DNA from: Styela clava
Lineage: Eukaryota
DNA length: 64,000 nt
NCBI RefSeq assembly: GCF_964204865.1
Contig: NC_135253.1
Location: 3,286,001-3,350,000, forward strand
Reading direction: 5' to 3'
Shown here piece after piece: positions 12,374 to 27,804 of the stretch. The notes under the pieces are model-generated. The model saw only the letters and a list, made by a program, of their open reading frames with translations. It did no database searches and was not told the origin of the DNA. The translations under genes and the position numbers were made by a program. Numbering within the stretch: the first letter of the stretch is position 1; each line of letters starts with the position of its first letter.

Positions 12374-15300
12374 TCAATAATATTTATCAAAGCATTCTTG
12401 ATTGTCTTTATTATAAAACCAATCTCTGAGTGAGATTGCTGGTCGAGGAGACACTTTGTCGTCAAATAAAGGTCTTGGATGATTTGCTGGATCGAAATTA
12501 TTATTATATATATCATCGTGATTTATTCCGTGTAAAGCTCTGCAGAGATGACAAATTCCGTCAACTCCCTTGTGTTTAGGAGCTTTATTTATATCCATCT
12601 GATGCCAACTGTAAATAACGAAAAGTTGAATCATGATTACCAGCCAAAGCCATATAGTTTAAAAGCAATACTATAATGCAATTTTGATACTGCTGTTTTT
12701 TTGCTTCCAGATTTTTGAAACATTAAAAATATGATATGATAAAGAAACAATTTTTTTCCAGCGGCATTTACATCTTACGCACGTATTCATACGAAGCAAT
12801 AATGCCAAAATGTTCATTCATTTCAACAACTGTATTTTACTACTAAAAGAAATTTTGCATATTTTAGTGTTTTTAGTATACCAATAGTTTTAAACAACGT
12901 ATTCACTTACAAATCTTTGTACGCAAGTTTGTTCTTTTTGATGAGAATTTAATCATTTGTCGCATTTCGCAATGCGACAATGATTAGATTTTCATGCGTA
13001 GTAACAAAAATTACCTAAAATATTCCAGATATGCTGTGTCATTTTTATCCAAATAATTCAAATAATCAACAAGGTCTTTCCATGAATTGAAATCTTCAGC
13101 GTGAATGAATGATCCGTTGGGTGCAAACGCTAAATAATCTTCTTTCGTTGCTCCCCAAACGACGGGAACAGTAAAGGACCATAATGCATTCTTGAAAAAC
13201 TTTTCTGTTATATAATCTTTACAGTGATAGGAATTTTCCAATGAAAAATAAAACTTGTACTTTCGAATTTCCTTGAAGAATTTGTCATTTCCTCTTCCAG
13301 CGCCATCAGCAAAGATCCCGCTTTCAGGAAAGCATTTCCCGTAGCCTTCCAATTTGTATCCCATATTCTTTATTTGGTTGACAATATCCATTCGATGTTT
13401 TGCAACAGAATTAACGTCGCAGTCTGATATCACAATGACAGCAGTTCTATTTTTTTTCTTTAGTAATTCTAACGGGGATTTATTTCTTCTTTGATTCATT
13501 ACATATCCGATATCCCAATCGATATAAAATTTGTTGTAAAAGTCGGAATCTCGTCTGGTAAAATATTCAGTTTTATTATGAACAATTTGAATAATTTGTA
13601 AATAGGTGTTAAATTCAAATAATGAATAAAATTCATCCAACAATTTAGGATGTTTCAATTCAAGTTTGTCATACAAAATCACTTATGTGCATAAAAGTGC
13701 GGTTTTGAGCATGACAGTAATCTCCTTGACTATAATTAGGCTAAATTAAATGCGATCTTAATATTTAAAAAATAAACAAAACTTCTACAATTCATATGAG
13801 ACCCAATATGTCCCAATGTTTTGTTGTTTTATTTTATTAATTGGAAAAGCTTTTTACAACATCTGGGAACACTTGAATGATTTTGGGACTTCGTGGTAAT
13901 AGATTCAAGAGTTCCTCTTACGTTTATAATAATATTTTATTTTTTAAAAAGGCAAAGGTTTTGGCACTGTTTTGCTCTACACCCTCTCAGCGCAACATAT
14001 CTTTAGTAGAAAGTTGTATATCATTTAGTTTCATTTAGTATTCGACTTACCTATGTGTTAAAGATGCATTAAATTCGTATTTATCCTCATAAAAAAGGGG
14101 TCGATGATATCGGTAAAGAACGGTAGAAGGAGATTCCAAACTCCAGAACACATAAATATGCTTTGGATTTCTGAAAAAGGCTTGGGTTTAGTCCTGTATA
14201 CATAGATAAAGTCGTTAATGTGGCTAAACTATTTACGTAGATTAATTATCTCTCAATCAAAACCCATCTCCATAAAATAAATCATCGCATTGGGTACATT
14301 ACCTCAAATTAATTTCTCGGAGATTGAGCTCTATTTAATTTATTGACAGTAACTCCAGTTTCATCTATGATTCTTTTCTCAATCATTAATGGAATCTTTT
14401 CAAGTAACTAACCTCTCTGCAAGTGGTGGCATCGTTTGTGGTGAAATTCCCTCAAAATAAAAAACAGCAGCTCCTGTTTGATCGTCTGATAGCTGTGAAA
14501 AGTATAGACTCACATGTAACAACATCAGGATATCACAGAAGAAATGATCAAAAGATTAACCAATTGGCATGCAAAGTTACTGACTTGAAAGTATATAGTA
14601 AAACATATAGAAGTTTCCTGCTAAACATGCAGATAAAACTATAACAGCCGTATATCATATAATGAATACCACCTTTCTATGTTACATAATAGTATTAGAT
14701 ATTTTCAAAGTAAGTGCAAACCCTTGATCTGTTGTATGTTATTTCACAGTTTCCACATTCTGCGGCATTCAATTGGCCCCATTGTATCATTCCGTACCAC
14801 ATAACAATAATCTGTGTTACAAAATAATTACGTATTAATTTTTTTGGACAAAAAACAAATGAATGGCATAAGCAATCCTCAGAGTACCACACCAGTACTT
14901 GGGTGCCACCCCAAAGTTGAAAGCAGGCTCACATCGCTTGCACAACCCTTTTTTTTAAAACTTTCTTGAACCGCTTTGTAAGACTATTTGCATGGGTCAT
15001 TTTCAATTTATTATGCTCGTCAATCATTTGGCTGAAAAACTTCACTCGTGGCTCTTTATAAGCGTATGCTTGCGTTCTATTCAGTGAGATGATGCTAAAT
15101 AAGGATTTTGACCAATTTTTGCCAATTGCTCAAATTTGTGAATGAAATTGTGCTGATGTGCTCATATTGCCGTTCAGTAGTGATTTAAAGATTGTTAGAA
15201 AAAAAGCTGTCGCATTACAGTTGAAGCACGTATTTTGTTAGAAATAATGAAAAATTGTAAACAATAATTGAGAGAGGAACCCCGGATAAATTTGAGTGGT

Positions 15301-15811
15301 TCAGCTATTTTACGTATTCAGTTCCAAATAAAGATCTGATTTTCTACTATGCAACAATATCTAAAGTATTGATAAAAGCTTGCACGTCAAATGTGGTAAT
15401 GTATATTCTGATAAACAAAAAAACCTTTTTTTCTGTGGCTTCCAGCAATTTCTGCTTCAGAATAGCATCCAGATATGCTGTGTTCAGAGTGATTTTTTCT
15501 CGCCGTGCTTGCGTTGTTACCATATGTGTTGTAGACGTTGTTGAATCTATAGCCTTGTTTTCAGTAATATTGTTATTCGTATAAGTTTCGCTGGTGAATG
15601 ATTGTTTCCTTCTCAATGTTGGTCTAATTGCCGTAGGCCGGAGCCCGAGTGGCCTTATTGCTGTTGTCCCGGACCCGAATTGTTCGATGCTGTACTTAGA
15701 AGTAGTAATGTTACTCAAAGGCCAATTGTAGGTAGTGATAATTATGGAGATGGCGACGCCAACAAGAAACCCCCCTATCCGATTCATCCATATTTTAGAG
15801 TGTGTTAACAT
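12374..15811 (-). CDS. Alpha-1,3-fucosyltransferase (GT10), paralog A, 483 aa, 6 exons, intact
   Basis: Exons 15811-15425, 14811-14722, 14492-14413, 14170-14051, 13554-13015, 12608-12374 (1452 nt). N-terminal TM and Thr-rich stem (type II Golgi topology), WSLESP, FNASLTHRRDSD, GT10 motif YKFYFSLENSYHCKDYITEKFFKNA, C-terminal CHLC. Confidence 0.93.
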
Positions 15812-15983
15812 TGTTGCAAATGTTCATGTAGCTGTTTATATACTATTTGTTTTCCCGTCCTTTCTGTAAATGGCAAAATTATTTTGGAGGTTTTATTTAG
15901 TTTGGTTTCAGTTCTCCTCGTACTTGCTTTTTTCCACTCAAAATGCAAACATGCAGCACGTCCGGTCTATAGTTACGTTAGAG

Positions 15984-17500
15984 CAGCGGTTCCCAACCTT
16001 TTTATGTCGCGGCACACTATTGAGCTATTTGAATATTCGCGGCACATCTATCACAAAATAGGAACATATCCTACTCTTGAAGCCATTTAGCTATGAAATA
16101 TTAAAAAAAAAACATAGAAGATCAGACGAGAGAAATTCTATTCTTGTTAATACGACATACCCTGTATTTGAAATGGATGGTTAATAGTTACCAATATTAT
16201 ACCTGTTTTCTTACAATAATGTACACGAGACCAACTTTTGGAGCACCTCACATTATTGTAAAAGATGTGTGGCTGCACGGGTAATACGTGACGCTAATAC
16301 GCTTTGGTTTTTCTCGCCCTTTCCCGTTCCACGTTACGCCTTATTATTATCACAAGTATTTTCACTCTTGCACAACCTATTTCATTTTTGTTACAATTGA
16401 ATAGGTTTCTCCCATTGCCAAAAGCATTCAATAGTGTTATTGTCGGCACTTGCGAGAGATATGAAAGCCGTAACAAACCGTATTTCATGACAACAATTAT
16501 TTATGATCGCTAAAAACACTAAATAGGTTTAAAGTTGTTATCAATTATTTTTATCGATGGACGAATCTTTCCACGTCATGAATTTTGTGCAAGGCCCGAG
16601 CATAATTTGATGGCAAAGATCGTAGCATTTACTATGTCGATACGTTCATTCGACTTTTCAGACCGCAGAAGCTATCCAAAAAATAACCGTTTCTGTGTTC
16701 GAGATATGAAATAATCGTCAATTCTACCACGCTTTCGTGAAATAGTGCATCAGTGTTTATGCTACCATGCCAGATTACTGGCATGATTACCGATCGCAAG
16801 GGTGAAATAAATAGAATATTTTTATCGAATCGAATATTTGGAATACTTTTAACGAATTGTCGAATATCAGGTATTTTTAATACACATACAACGGCCATCC
16901 AAAATTTATTCTGATTTTTATCTTTCACTCCGTTTTGATCTTTTCTCCTCATCGATTGTAAATTAATTGTCCCAATTTTAAACTAACAATATTATCATTT
17001 CTGATGTCGAATGCGGATATTTATAAAGACGATAGTTGACCTTCTTATGATTTTACTTTCCTATTGTGTCTGTTTTATTTTCGTATTAATTAGTGAATAA
17101 AAACCCCGCGAAGTCATTGCGTGAATCCCGAATGTTATTTTGAGTTCGAATAATAATTCAATAAATCGGCAATAATGACAATTCTACTAGTCAAATATTA
17201 ACTCTTGGTCAAATTTAGAAAAAATTTTGCACAATAATTTGTTACCTTGTTTGACATATTTTTAATTTTACGAAATTGTATTGGTCCTCATCATGCAAAA
17301 CTTAGAATTAAAACAATACCCAAATACGACTCCCCAAATTTGTCGTTTCTGTTTGTTAGCAAAAGCCGTGGGGTAATTTTCGTGGAATCCAATAGATTGG
17401 AATCACTTGAAATAAATTCAAAAATGAAATCTCTTCGCGGCATACCAAAATATTTTTTCGACACAATATTGTGCCGCGGCACACTGGTTGGGAACGACTG
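15984..17500. mobile_element. Non-autonomous hAT (Buster/Charlie-like) element ~170 bp upstream of FUT-A ATG
   Basis: TIRs CAGCGGTTCCCAACC / GGTTGGGAACGACTG, subterminal CGCGGCACAC repeats, TSD CGTTAGAG / GGTTAGAG. Confidence 0.85.
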
Positions 17501-19874
17501 GGTTAGAGATTGCTTTGTCACTGACGAATAATACAATTACAACGTTGAAACAGTACGCGTGATATTTATGACGCCGAGTCTCATGTGGAAATAATTCAAT
17601 TCGTTCAATTATCTAAAATAAAACAACTAAAAACAACAAAAAGCATTGGAGACCAAATCTTGGTTATGTAATGAAACGGTGGACGCTATTTTAAAATATT
17701 GTCAATCTCACTAAAATCATTACGTACAGTTATAAAAACCTGTCTTGCCTGGTGCTTCTTTCGCCTTATATTAAATACTGTATTGTGAAAGTCAAAAATC
17801 TTTTCGTGAAGACGAGATTTCAAGTGATATTTCAATACATCCGTACGACTTGATCTATACAATATAACAAAGGTTAATGTTTTCTTTGTAAATATCAATC
17901 TTGGTTATATTGTATAGATCACGTTGTGAAGATTTACAAAGCAAATATTATCAGTCTCAAGACTGACGCCAAGACGCACAAACGGCTCAAGTTCTGCTAC
18001 GCTGTACCCGGAACCATATCCTAAATATCTATACCAGTCATCACAATAGATCACAAAATAATATATTTTCTCCTGCTAACAACTGATCAACTGATCAATT
18101 TTGACCCCAAAGTATTATATATTCCTTATTACCCAGACATGATCAGATATCATCTAACCAATTTCAATAAAATCGACTCTAAAGTAATCGAGGGTTAGCA
18201 GTATAAAGACGTTTTTTTTATATCTAGTAACATGAATCAATTTATGATTTTTCAACACTTTAAACTACAAAATAAATCGAAGATTTATATCAATCGCGGA
18301 CGTACTTGACTTTGTACCTAGTTCTCAAGTTTTTAGAACTCACAAGCAATAGAAATACTGTTGACTCACGAATAACGTTTACTACCAACTGATATTTTGT
18401 TACGTTATGTACTTTGTGGAATGTTACCTCGGATGACCTTGCAGATCTATACCGAATGTGTCTAATATTGAATCTCCGCTCTAGGAGACCCCTATTATCA
18501 GTCGTTCCGTCTGCCGGTCTATCTGTGTGTTTAGCCGTAGCATCTGAACTGCTATATAGACCGATCTGGATAGAATTTGTGACGTGCGTTATGATGTCAC
18601 CCTAGTTGTGCGTTTCGTCGAAAGTTCGGATGGATGTTCCAATTCCATGGCATCAGCGAAAAAACGCGCCAATCGTTGAGAAATTTTTAGTATTTTACAA
18701 TTTGTCGCGATAATCTCGTGAACTACCTCAAAAATTAAAATTCCGTAATCGCTTCCCCCTGCAGAAGTAATTACTCTTTCTAACAAACCATTTGTCCGTG
18801 TGTGTTAATGTTTATAATGTGGTTTTTAGCTGTAATAAAGTACAAAATGTGGCTTTTGGTCACTGATTGGTTGGCCACCCCAGGGCTACAGTATATCACT
18901 CACGCGAGAATGTCCACGAAACGCGCAGCGCTTAAAAGAACGGGCAGTTTTGATAACCCGCCTACTTAATCACGCTGCCGTTATAGATCCGAAAGTTTCT
19001 ATGGATAGTAACGATGTGGAAATCCTGAGCGCCTACCGCCTTGCTTTGAATAGAATCGTACTTCGTTTAACGCCACGTTTTCCAATAGGGTAGGAAACTT
19101 CACTTTGTACTTTCGTGCAGTAATATTATATTTCGTACTTATTTAATATCATTGTGATGCTCATATAGGCATTATGAACTAGTTCAAATGTTCAAAAGTC
19201 AGAGTACAAATTGCACGTATTACGAGCAAAGGTTCCGTTAACGATTGAATAACAAATTCAAATAGAGTTTTAAGCGAAGTAGGGGAGGAATTCGGAGTGG
19301 GTGGATCTTTATTTTGCCTGAAATTATAATATCAAGGTTCAGTGTCTCGTGTGTTGTGCAATTATTGCTGATCAAAAGGAATGCAACATCCGGCTATATT
19401 ACGACACGACTGATTACATAGGTAAAATACCACGGCTATACTGAAACAATTTGTCACGAAAAGATATCGCAATTAAATTTTTCACTGATGAAACAGAGAA
19501 AATTTTTCTCAGACAAACAAAAATTGTGAAACTTCGGTGAAAACTTTGTCATAAGTGAGATGATTACGAAATCGTCGCGTTCTTTGGTTGAAGGAAGCTT
19601 TAAAAAGGGTGTATGTTGAAGGCTTGTGAAGTAATAGCAGCATTATTTTTCAACAATGAAAGTTAACAAATCAGCCTTTCGCACACGACCAACGGACAAG
19701 AGTTTGTATGCTGTCTTAAGACTACGCTAAATAAGGCCAAACATCGAGTCTCTCACCTCTACAAAACAGTGGCAAATATCCAGCACAAGTGAATGAATAT
19801 GTTTCATGTCCCCTATAGTGAAAGATTCAAGTGCAATTTCAACAAATATATTAAGATTTTCCTTGTTATTTTTG

Positions 19875-20113
19875 GGCTCTCCCGTAGCATGTGCACCAAG
19901 ATGGCGGACACCGGAACGTATAGCAAGTGTACCGGGTTCAGGTTTAGGGCAAAATTTTATTCCAATTTTCTTTATTTTGGTTCTATTACAAGTTTAGAAA
20001 CTAGCCAAGAGACTCCCGCAGTATTTGTAACTGAAATTATGGCCTAATCCTATACTGGTACATATACTACGTCCCAGTGTCCGCCATCTTAGTGCACATA
20101 CTACTGGAATACC
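19875..20113. mobile_element. Merlin-like palindromic MITE copy
   Basis: Same family as 1846-2075; arms GTGCACCAAGATGGCGGACAC / GTGTCCGCCATCTTAGTGCAC. Confidence 0.75.
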
Positions 20114-23100
20114 ATTTTTTGTATATCATATTTTGTACCTAATTTGTTGGTTTGCGGCCCGCGTCGTCAATAGATTTTAAGAAGTGGCCTGCGACCTATT
20201 TTGAGTTGGAGACCCCTGTTTTATTAGTTGCATTTTTGGTAACAACGTAAAATAGCATGTCTTGCTATATGTACAGACTCTGTCTAACTCTAAATGAACG
20301 TTCTTACCTTGTCTCACACGGTCTTCTATTGTTTTAGAGTCAGTGGACCTTTTCTAGCCCAGTGGCAACCAATCGAAGTTCGATGGACTGCATGACTTAA
20401 TACAAATCTTCAATCGCACACGTTGAGACGTGGCCGTCACGACTACTAACACACATTTCTCTTGCAAGCAACATTCAAGGAATAAGGACAGTTTGTGCAA
20501 TTTGACGTTGTAAGCGTTGCGACCAAGTATTCGATGAATTTATTTAAATGAAATATACAAGATCAATTTTAGACCGAATAAAACAATTTTCAGTAGACGT
20601 ATGATTGCCGAATAAACATAGTGATACTTTAAATATATATTGACTAAACAAAATACAATAATTCAATTACTATTTATATGGTCGAACGCAATATTTAATT
20701 TCTTTCAAATCATCTAGTACCATTCAAACCAGATAAACATATCGACTAAACTCGATCTAATCTGGACATTATATTCAAATGTTGCTGAAATTCTGTCTCC
20801 ACATAATCGCCATGTCTTTATCTTACGCCGCTATATAGCATAATAATTTTGTTCAGCACATTACACGTAGCAACACACGACACGTTTTATATATTCGCTA
20901 TCTATACAATGGTTTTATCGAGCACAACTTCCACCGTTTCCGTCGCTATATCTCTCCAATTCATTGCGTTTCCGTAACTTCACTATAATGCAACTGTGTA
21001 GCATGTTGCAACAAAACATCGTTTCAGCACTGATATACAGTGTTGTGAGTAGGGATGTGAGTATTAGAATAATTTTTCGGGGGTTGATTATATTTAAGAA
21101 GTTTTACAAATATGCCACATCCCATACATGCTTCTGTAAAGTACCAATTTAATATGAATATAATGATAATATCATTTCATTATTTTTTATTGAACAATGG
21201 TCTGCGATGTTTTGTAATCATTGCCCCTTTAAAAATTATGGCGTAATGTTTAAAGTTTAGGTGAAATTTTTGTTTTCATATAAAATAATGTCAATAATAT
21301 TTATCAAAACATTCTTTGTTGTCCTCATGATACAACCAGTCTCTAACGGAAATTGCAGGTCGATAAGAAACGCCGTCATCGAATAAAGGCCTTGGATGAT
21401 TTTCTGGATCAAAATTAGGATTGTGAATATCATCAAAGTTAATTCCGTACAAAGCTCTGCATAGTTGACAAATACGGCCAATGCTTTTGCAACCAGGGAC
21501 CATATCTGGATCCATATTGTGCCACCTGCAATGTAATTTAAATGTTGATATTATGCGTATATTTTAAGCAACTAGCTCATAATGTGCACATCTGGGATTT
21601 GGTCTTCATTTGTCATGATTAACTGAATGAATCAAAACTATTAGCCTTTTCATAATTCAAAACGTGATGTACAAGGTGATAATAAAAGCTACGATAGCGT
21701 ATTCAGGAATAGATATAATCCTTCATGCAAGTAGCAGTGTGAGGACGTGTCGGGGTGTTTGTGTAATGGTGTTTATAAAAAATTGCAATTTGTTGTAATT
21801 ATTAGTCCCGCGAGGTACTCTTGATTAGCCTAGTTCTGTCGCGCCACTGTTTCCGTGCTCTAGATCTGTTTACTTACAGTAAGGTGTGTTCACGGTGTTC
21901 TTAGATTTTACAAATCCAAGCAGAGGTGTCGAGGCATCTCTTATAACAAGGGTGGTCTAAATTGTGGTTAACGGGATACAGCACACTGCTATGGATCAAT
22001 AATTGCAGTAAAGTTCTCGTAATTACGTGTCTAAGTTTTGTTCTGAAACTACTGATAAAAACGAAGTGAGAAAGTAGCAACTATAGTTATGAGCCGATAG
22101 AAATAGAACTATCAGAAACGATTAAACGAGATACTAATGTACTATGTAAAAAGAAAAACTCACTGGAAGTACTCCAAGTAGGCAGTGGCGTTCTGATCTA
22201 GATATCTTAAATATTCAATAAGTTCATTCGATGTCTCGAAATCTTCTGCATAGATGAAAGATCCAGCTGGTGCAAACGCAAGATAATCTTTTTTGGTTGC
22301 TCCCCATACTACTGGAACAGTATACGAATGAAATGCGTTTTTGAAGAACTTCTCAGTAATATAGTCTTTACAGTGATAAGAATTTTCGAACGAAAAATAA
22401 AATTTGTAAGCACGAATTGCGCGAAAAAATTCTTGTGAATCCCTTTTTGCTCCATCCGCAAATTTTCCCTGTTTAGGGAAGCACCCGCCGTATCCTTCCA
22501 ATTCGTAACCTTTTGCAATGATTTTTTTTATTAACCTTATCCTTTGTTTTGCGACTGAATGCTGAGCACAATCGGAAACTACAACAAGAGATTTTTTCGT
22601 TTTTAATTTGAGTAATTCTTCCGCTTTCGGGACGTTTCTGCTTTTAACGATTGCCATAACTGAGTTGGCCGAATACAGTTTGTCAGGAAAATCTGAATCT
22701 CTCCTGTAAAATTATAAGTGTATAATAAACATAGTTATTGCGTTTAAGGAAGTAAACAACTCCAAGTTTTGCTAAATATACATGCCTAATTTGTAGGCTT
22801 TCAAATCTATTGATTTAGTTAGGCTCATTGTTTGGTCCATTCCCACCACTCCATTCGGTTTGCAAACATTGTGTTGGATATGCTGTTACCAAAACGATAA
22901 AAAAATTACTTTTGACTCCAGACAGACTACAATACTGTTACTCGGTGGTCTTATGTCAACTTTGTTGTTTGCTTGCTTCAAATATTACCGGGATAAGTCA
23001 ATGCGAGTATTTACTTTAAAACGTACCTATAAGTCATCGTTGCGTTGAATCCATATTCATCTTCGTAGCGCAAATTTCTGTGATATTTGAAGCGCACGGA

Positions 23101-23388
23101 TGAAGAAGATTCCAGAGTCCAGTAAACATACAAATGATTGGGATTCCTGAGTAACAGAATACTTTACGTGAATGATTCATAGACATATAAATTAACTTTG
23201 AATAAAAAGGGATTTGTCAAACACAGACGAAACCTAAAATGAATGCCCTTTTCCCTGGGTTTCGCAAATGACGTCAGCCAACAGTTTTGAAATAATTTGA
23301 TTTAAAACATTACAAATCAATGAATTAGACAATATTTGGCTTTAAATACGAACAATGAGACAAAAATAAAGTTATCAACAGAGAGGTG

Positions 23389-25330
23389 TGTGAGTAATGT
23401 GTAAGGTGGTGTGTTAGCACGCACAATTATATTGCTATTGCGGACTTCATTCACATTCGAAACCGAACACATTCTAGATAGATAAACACACACAGTAACA
23501 ACTCATAACAGCTAATGTATCACACAGTACACGTGATAAGTAGTGAACTCAAAGTCACCTTCAGGCATGAACGGACACAGTTCAAAGATATATCACATCC
23601 CTCCAAACTTTAATAAAAAAAAAATCAACACAAAAATTAACATCGACGCACGACAAACATATGAAGATCTGATATCAAATTATTAGATTCAGCACACAAA
23701 GGTTTTAGATCAAGTCTTTACACAGATAAATATCGATATCAACTTCATTAAATACAATGCAAATACAAGATACATTATTTTCAGAATACAGTTAAACAGT
23801 CAATACTGAAATTCGTCCCATATGAAAATCTTCAAATCTACTTGGCACTTTTGGACATCTTCTAGGACAGGGGTTCCCAACCTTTTTATCTCAATTTCCC
23901 ACTTCCGATTAGGCTGATTTGTTATCTCCCATTACATATGGACTTATTTAAAAAGAATAATTTTCCTGTCAATAATAATTGGTATACAGTATATGACTTT
24001 CTATGATAAAGGCTTGCAATTGGTGTAAAGGTTAAAACTCCATGAGATCATTCATCGAGCCGTCTAGCATCTCAAGACAGTGACGATTCGTGTAAAGAAA
24101 ATCAGTGTTAGTCATCGAATAGAACAATTCAACGCTTAAAATTACAAAAAAACGCATTAAAGTTTACATTATATTACACCGTCCATATCAAACCTCCTGT
24201 TTCTTTTTATATGATAGACAGGAAGTCTGAATCTATTTTTGTAAATGCGCATTGCTATCCGACAAGGAGATCCGTTCATTGTTGACGCCGCAGACTTGCT
24301 CTGCAGAATATCATCACACTCCACGAGACAAAGTTTCATTTATGTCCCACCGATGTTATGGAACCTCTTGCTATTCGCAGGACATCTACAAATGACGCAG
24401 TCAATATCTCTTTTGAACTCATTTGAAATTGCCCATGTTGTCGAATCTCATCCTGCTTTTATTTTGCATTTTAGCCGAGCCGTAGCCGAGATGACTATGA
24501 TCGTACTTTATTTTTACATAAGTTATTACCTTTTATTAACAATTTAGCAGAATGAAGGGACGGGTCAAATATTTGTTCATCGGAGCGCGTGCCTACCCAA
24601 TATCTCTGAGACAGACAATAAAAACTGTTCTCTTTTGCAGCTCTGCAACGAAAATCTTCTTGCGTAACGTTTAAAGCATTGGTGTTCGTTCGAGACATGT
24701 CTGTGAGGTTGTTATCGGCCGACCAAAGATCAAAATGAGTTGCGTAGCACGATCAAAATATCATGCCCAGCAACGTGATATTTTACTAAAGTTTTAATTA
24801 ATTGCATGGGAATCTTTTTCCGCCTCATGGCATATGTTGTGATTTACATTGTGTAATATTCAATAATTGTGTTGTTGTGCGTACATTTTTAGAGGAGCAT
24901 TCAATTTCCCATCTGCAACCTCCAAATTTTCCCCCGGTTGGGAACCACTGTTCTAGGACGATCTCTCTCTAACACTTGGAACAGGGGGAACAGAAGAGTA
25001 TGTACTTTCAGCAATAGCATCTGCTGTTTCATTATCAACATTCAAATTAACAGTATCATCAGTAATATCATTATCATGTAAAACATCTGTATCAGTGATA
25101 TTTGTAAAACGCTTACGAAACGTACAATCATTAACTTTTTCAACAAGAGAAGTGTTTATAGTTTTTCTGCCAATATTGGAACTTCGAGCAGTAATCATAG
25201 AACCTTTCACATTTATAACATCCATAGGCTCAGGTCTACATGCTGAAGAAAGCTTATTGCTTCTATTTTGTCTCATGATCACAGAATCACCAACATGTAT
25301 TCGTTCAGTCGGCTTTAAACAATAGGACCT
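23389..25330 (-). mobile_element. Truncated LTR retrotransposon (Gypsy-like): integrase C-terminal tail, PPT and 3' LTR
   Basis: Minus-strand peptide IHVGDSVIMRQ..KLSS..PEPMDVINVKGSMITA..RPRRCPKVPSRFEDF resembles a Gypsy pol C-terminus; polypurine AAAGTTTGGAGGGA abuts TGTGA at 23597; putative LTR 23389-23597 with TGTGA..TCACA ends. Split by a hAT insertion. Confidence 0.6.
23868..24950. mobile_element. Non-autonomous hAT element nested in the Gypsy remnant
   Basis: TIRs CAGGGGTTCCCAACC / GGTTGGGAACCACTG; perfect TSD TTCTAGGA. Confidence 0.9.
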
Positions 25331-26877
25331 AATGTATTTTATGTAACGGAAGTGGTGATGATCCGTCCTCGCGGGGTGTTGGACCAGCGACACTTATAAT
25401 ATCGAGTCTGGAGTAGGGCTGGGGGGTTTCGAAACACTGTTTTGATTTGATAAAAATATGAAAAACGTCTTGTGACGAAATTATTTCAAATGCGTATGGA
25501 TTCCACTGGTTCAAAACAATCTGTGGCACCGGTCGCAAGTAATAAATGATATACTGAAATTGATCCAGTTAAATGATAGCGTGATAATAAAACATTATCT
25601 CAATTTGTCACTGATTGCCCTAAATGATCTAACAGTTCCGGCAACCTCCGGTCAATGTTAAAGAGTCTCTTCGACCGCAATCCATGCTTATAGAGAATTG
25701 AGATATGGCTAAACTGGAAAACACGTGAACGAGGTTGTGATTATGAAGGAATATACTGCTTCATGACTGCATGACATAACTATTTAGGCGAAAGTGCTAC
25801 TTCCATCTGATGTTTTTGAACAGTTAAACAGTTTTCCTTCATTTACACGTACAAGCTTGTACTGTTTTCATATTCTTTTCGTGCTATTTGGTCACTGTTT
25901 GTTAATCAAGCACAAACCTTTGCGGAAAGAATAACTTGTATGGGGTTCATCGCATTATCATTTCATATTCTCAAATTAGCTTCTTTAGCGAATTTGCTAA
26001 AGTGACTTTCTATATTTCAGCGTGATGGCCCAAACCGAATACTTAACTATTTAGAATACGTTCTAAAAGGATGATCTGAAATATACTCTGGAATATATAT
26101 GGAATGGATATAGGCTGCATTTGTTCATCCCTCCTAGAATGCTAGATTTATTGTAAATGTCACACACCAACAATAAAATGACAAAAATTTGAAAGCCACT
26201 TGTTGTCATGGATGCTACAGAGGCGTTGCAAAATTTGGGGGGGGTGGGGGATCAAGAATCGAAACCAAAACCTTTTTTTTTTACGACGACTTCTAAAACA
26301 ATCGCCGCGATCACGCCACTCCTTTAAATAGCCGACTGTTTCTGCGGATAGTAATTTTTCTGTTGCATGAAATATTCAATCCATCGCCGATGCTTATGTT
26401 GAAGAAAATTTATGATTTAAAGAAGATACCGGCGTGCAGGCGTTTACGGCCTGAATAGCACGTCGCACTGACGAAAACAATCGGCGATTTCAACATAATC
26501 CGCGTTTGTCGTCGGACTTCGTTTTCTATACGATTGTGGCGCCGTTGTGGTGCCATAAACGTTTCCTACATGCGAATGCGATTTTAATGTGATAATGAAC
26601 GACTCCACGACAACCATCAGCCATTGAATATGAGTTGGTTGTGATAGTAGGCACCAGGCGTGTCTATGGGACATTTTCTTGTTCCATGCCATCTGAGGAT
26701 AATTAAACTATTATTAAAATGGGGAACAGAATACCGTTTGAATATAATTATAAACTCGAGAAACTTCACAGAATATTTTAACTGCTTTCAATGTCGACTT
26801 TTGAAAACTTCACATGTTCTTCAAAAAACAAATCGATCAAATTAAATTCTTCATCACTCAACATCTCAACAACACAC

Positions 26878-27130
26878 TAACACGAGAATATCGGTCAGAG
26901 ACCGAAGACTTATCGATCGAAAGTTAGGGGATCAATCGCTAATTATACGACATAATTCGCCCTAAATGAATAGGCCTTTGGTCCGAGATATGATGAATGC
27001 ACATGCAAAATCTGGAGCAGATTCAATCTCGCTTTCGTGAGATATCGTGTGCATCTAACAGACATACACACAAAAGACAGACATACAAATACCTATCAAC
27101 ATACTTACCGATTAAAATCGGTAAGTAATA
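26878..27130 (+). mobile_element. Short interspersed repeat, Helentron/HINE-like
   Basis: ACAG/ACAC microsatellite-like tract, terminal hairpin TTACCGATT-AA-AATCGGTAA; partial second copy at ~32080-32222. Confidence 0.45.
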
Positions 27131-27804
27131 AGTCTATATCGACTTCGCAGCGCAAGTTTTCAAAGTTTTATCAAATATGTTATTTTTCAAATTTAGGCTT
27201 GCACGTAATTTACGGATTTACGGAATTACGTAATTATTTGGAGTTACGGAAGGGAAGTTACGAATTACGTAAAGTCGTAATTATTGCATTGAAACGAGCT
27301 TTCTTCAAAGCAGTCAATTTCGTCGATTGCGAAAAATGAAAGCTTAACAAGTAGAAGAAGTTAGAGTTCCGGTATTCGCAGCCGTTTTTCTCTTTTTTCT
27401 CTCTCTCTTGTTACGTAGGTGAAGGAAGGCATGACGCGTTGCCATTTACTAACCTATTATCAACTTATCTGGCATGGCCAATGTAAATTATTAACGTAGT
27501 TAAGGGGGAAGAACTGAGTAGAGCCGTTTGACGCCAACACACCTGGTTTTAACTTAACCGTAGATAAGGGATAGAATTGCGTTGAGACCGATTGACGCCA
27601 ACACACCTGGTTTCAACTTCTCTCGCATCTTATCTAGCATGGCCATGGCCAATGTACATAATAACTGTAGATAGGGGAAAGAATTGTGTTAAGACCGATG
27701 GACGCTAACACGCCCGGTTTCAACTTCTTCAGGTGAAATGACTAATGAACGCAGGAGATCAATCTATCAAATATGGTCTACCAAACATTTTTACCCATTT
27801 ATTA

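Noticed and set aside
18860-20218. Orphan hAT-like right ends at ~18883 and ~20218
   Set aside because: Matching left ends and TSDs could not be located, so boundaries are unsupported.
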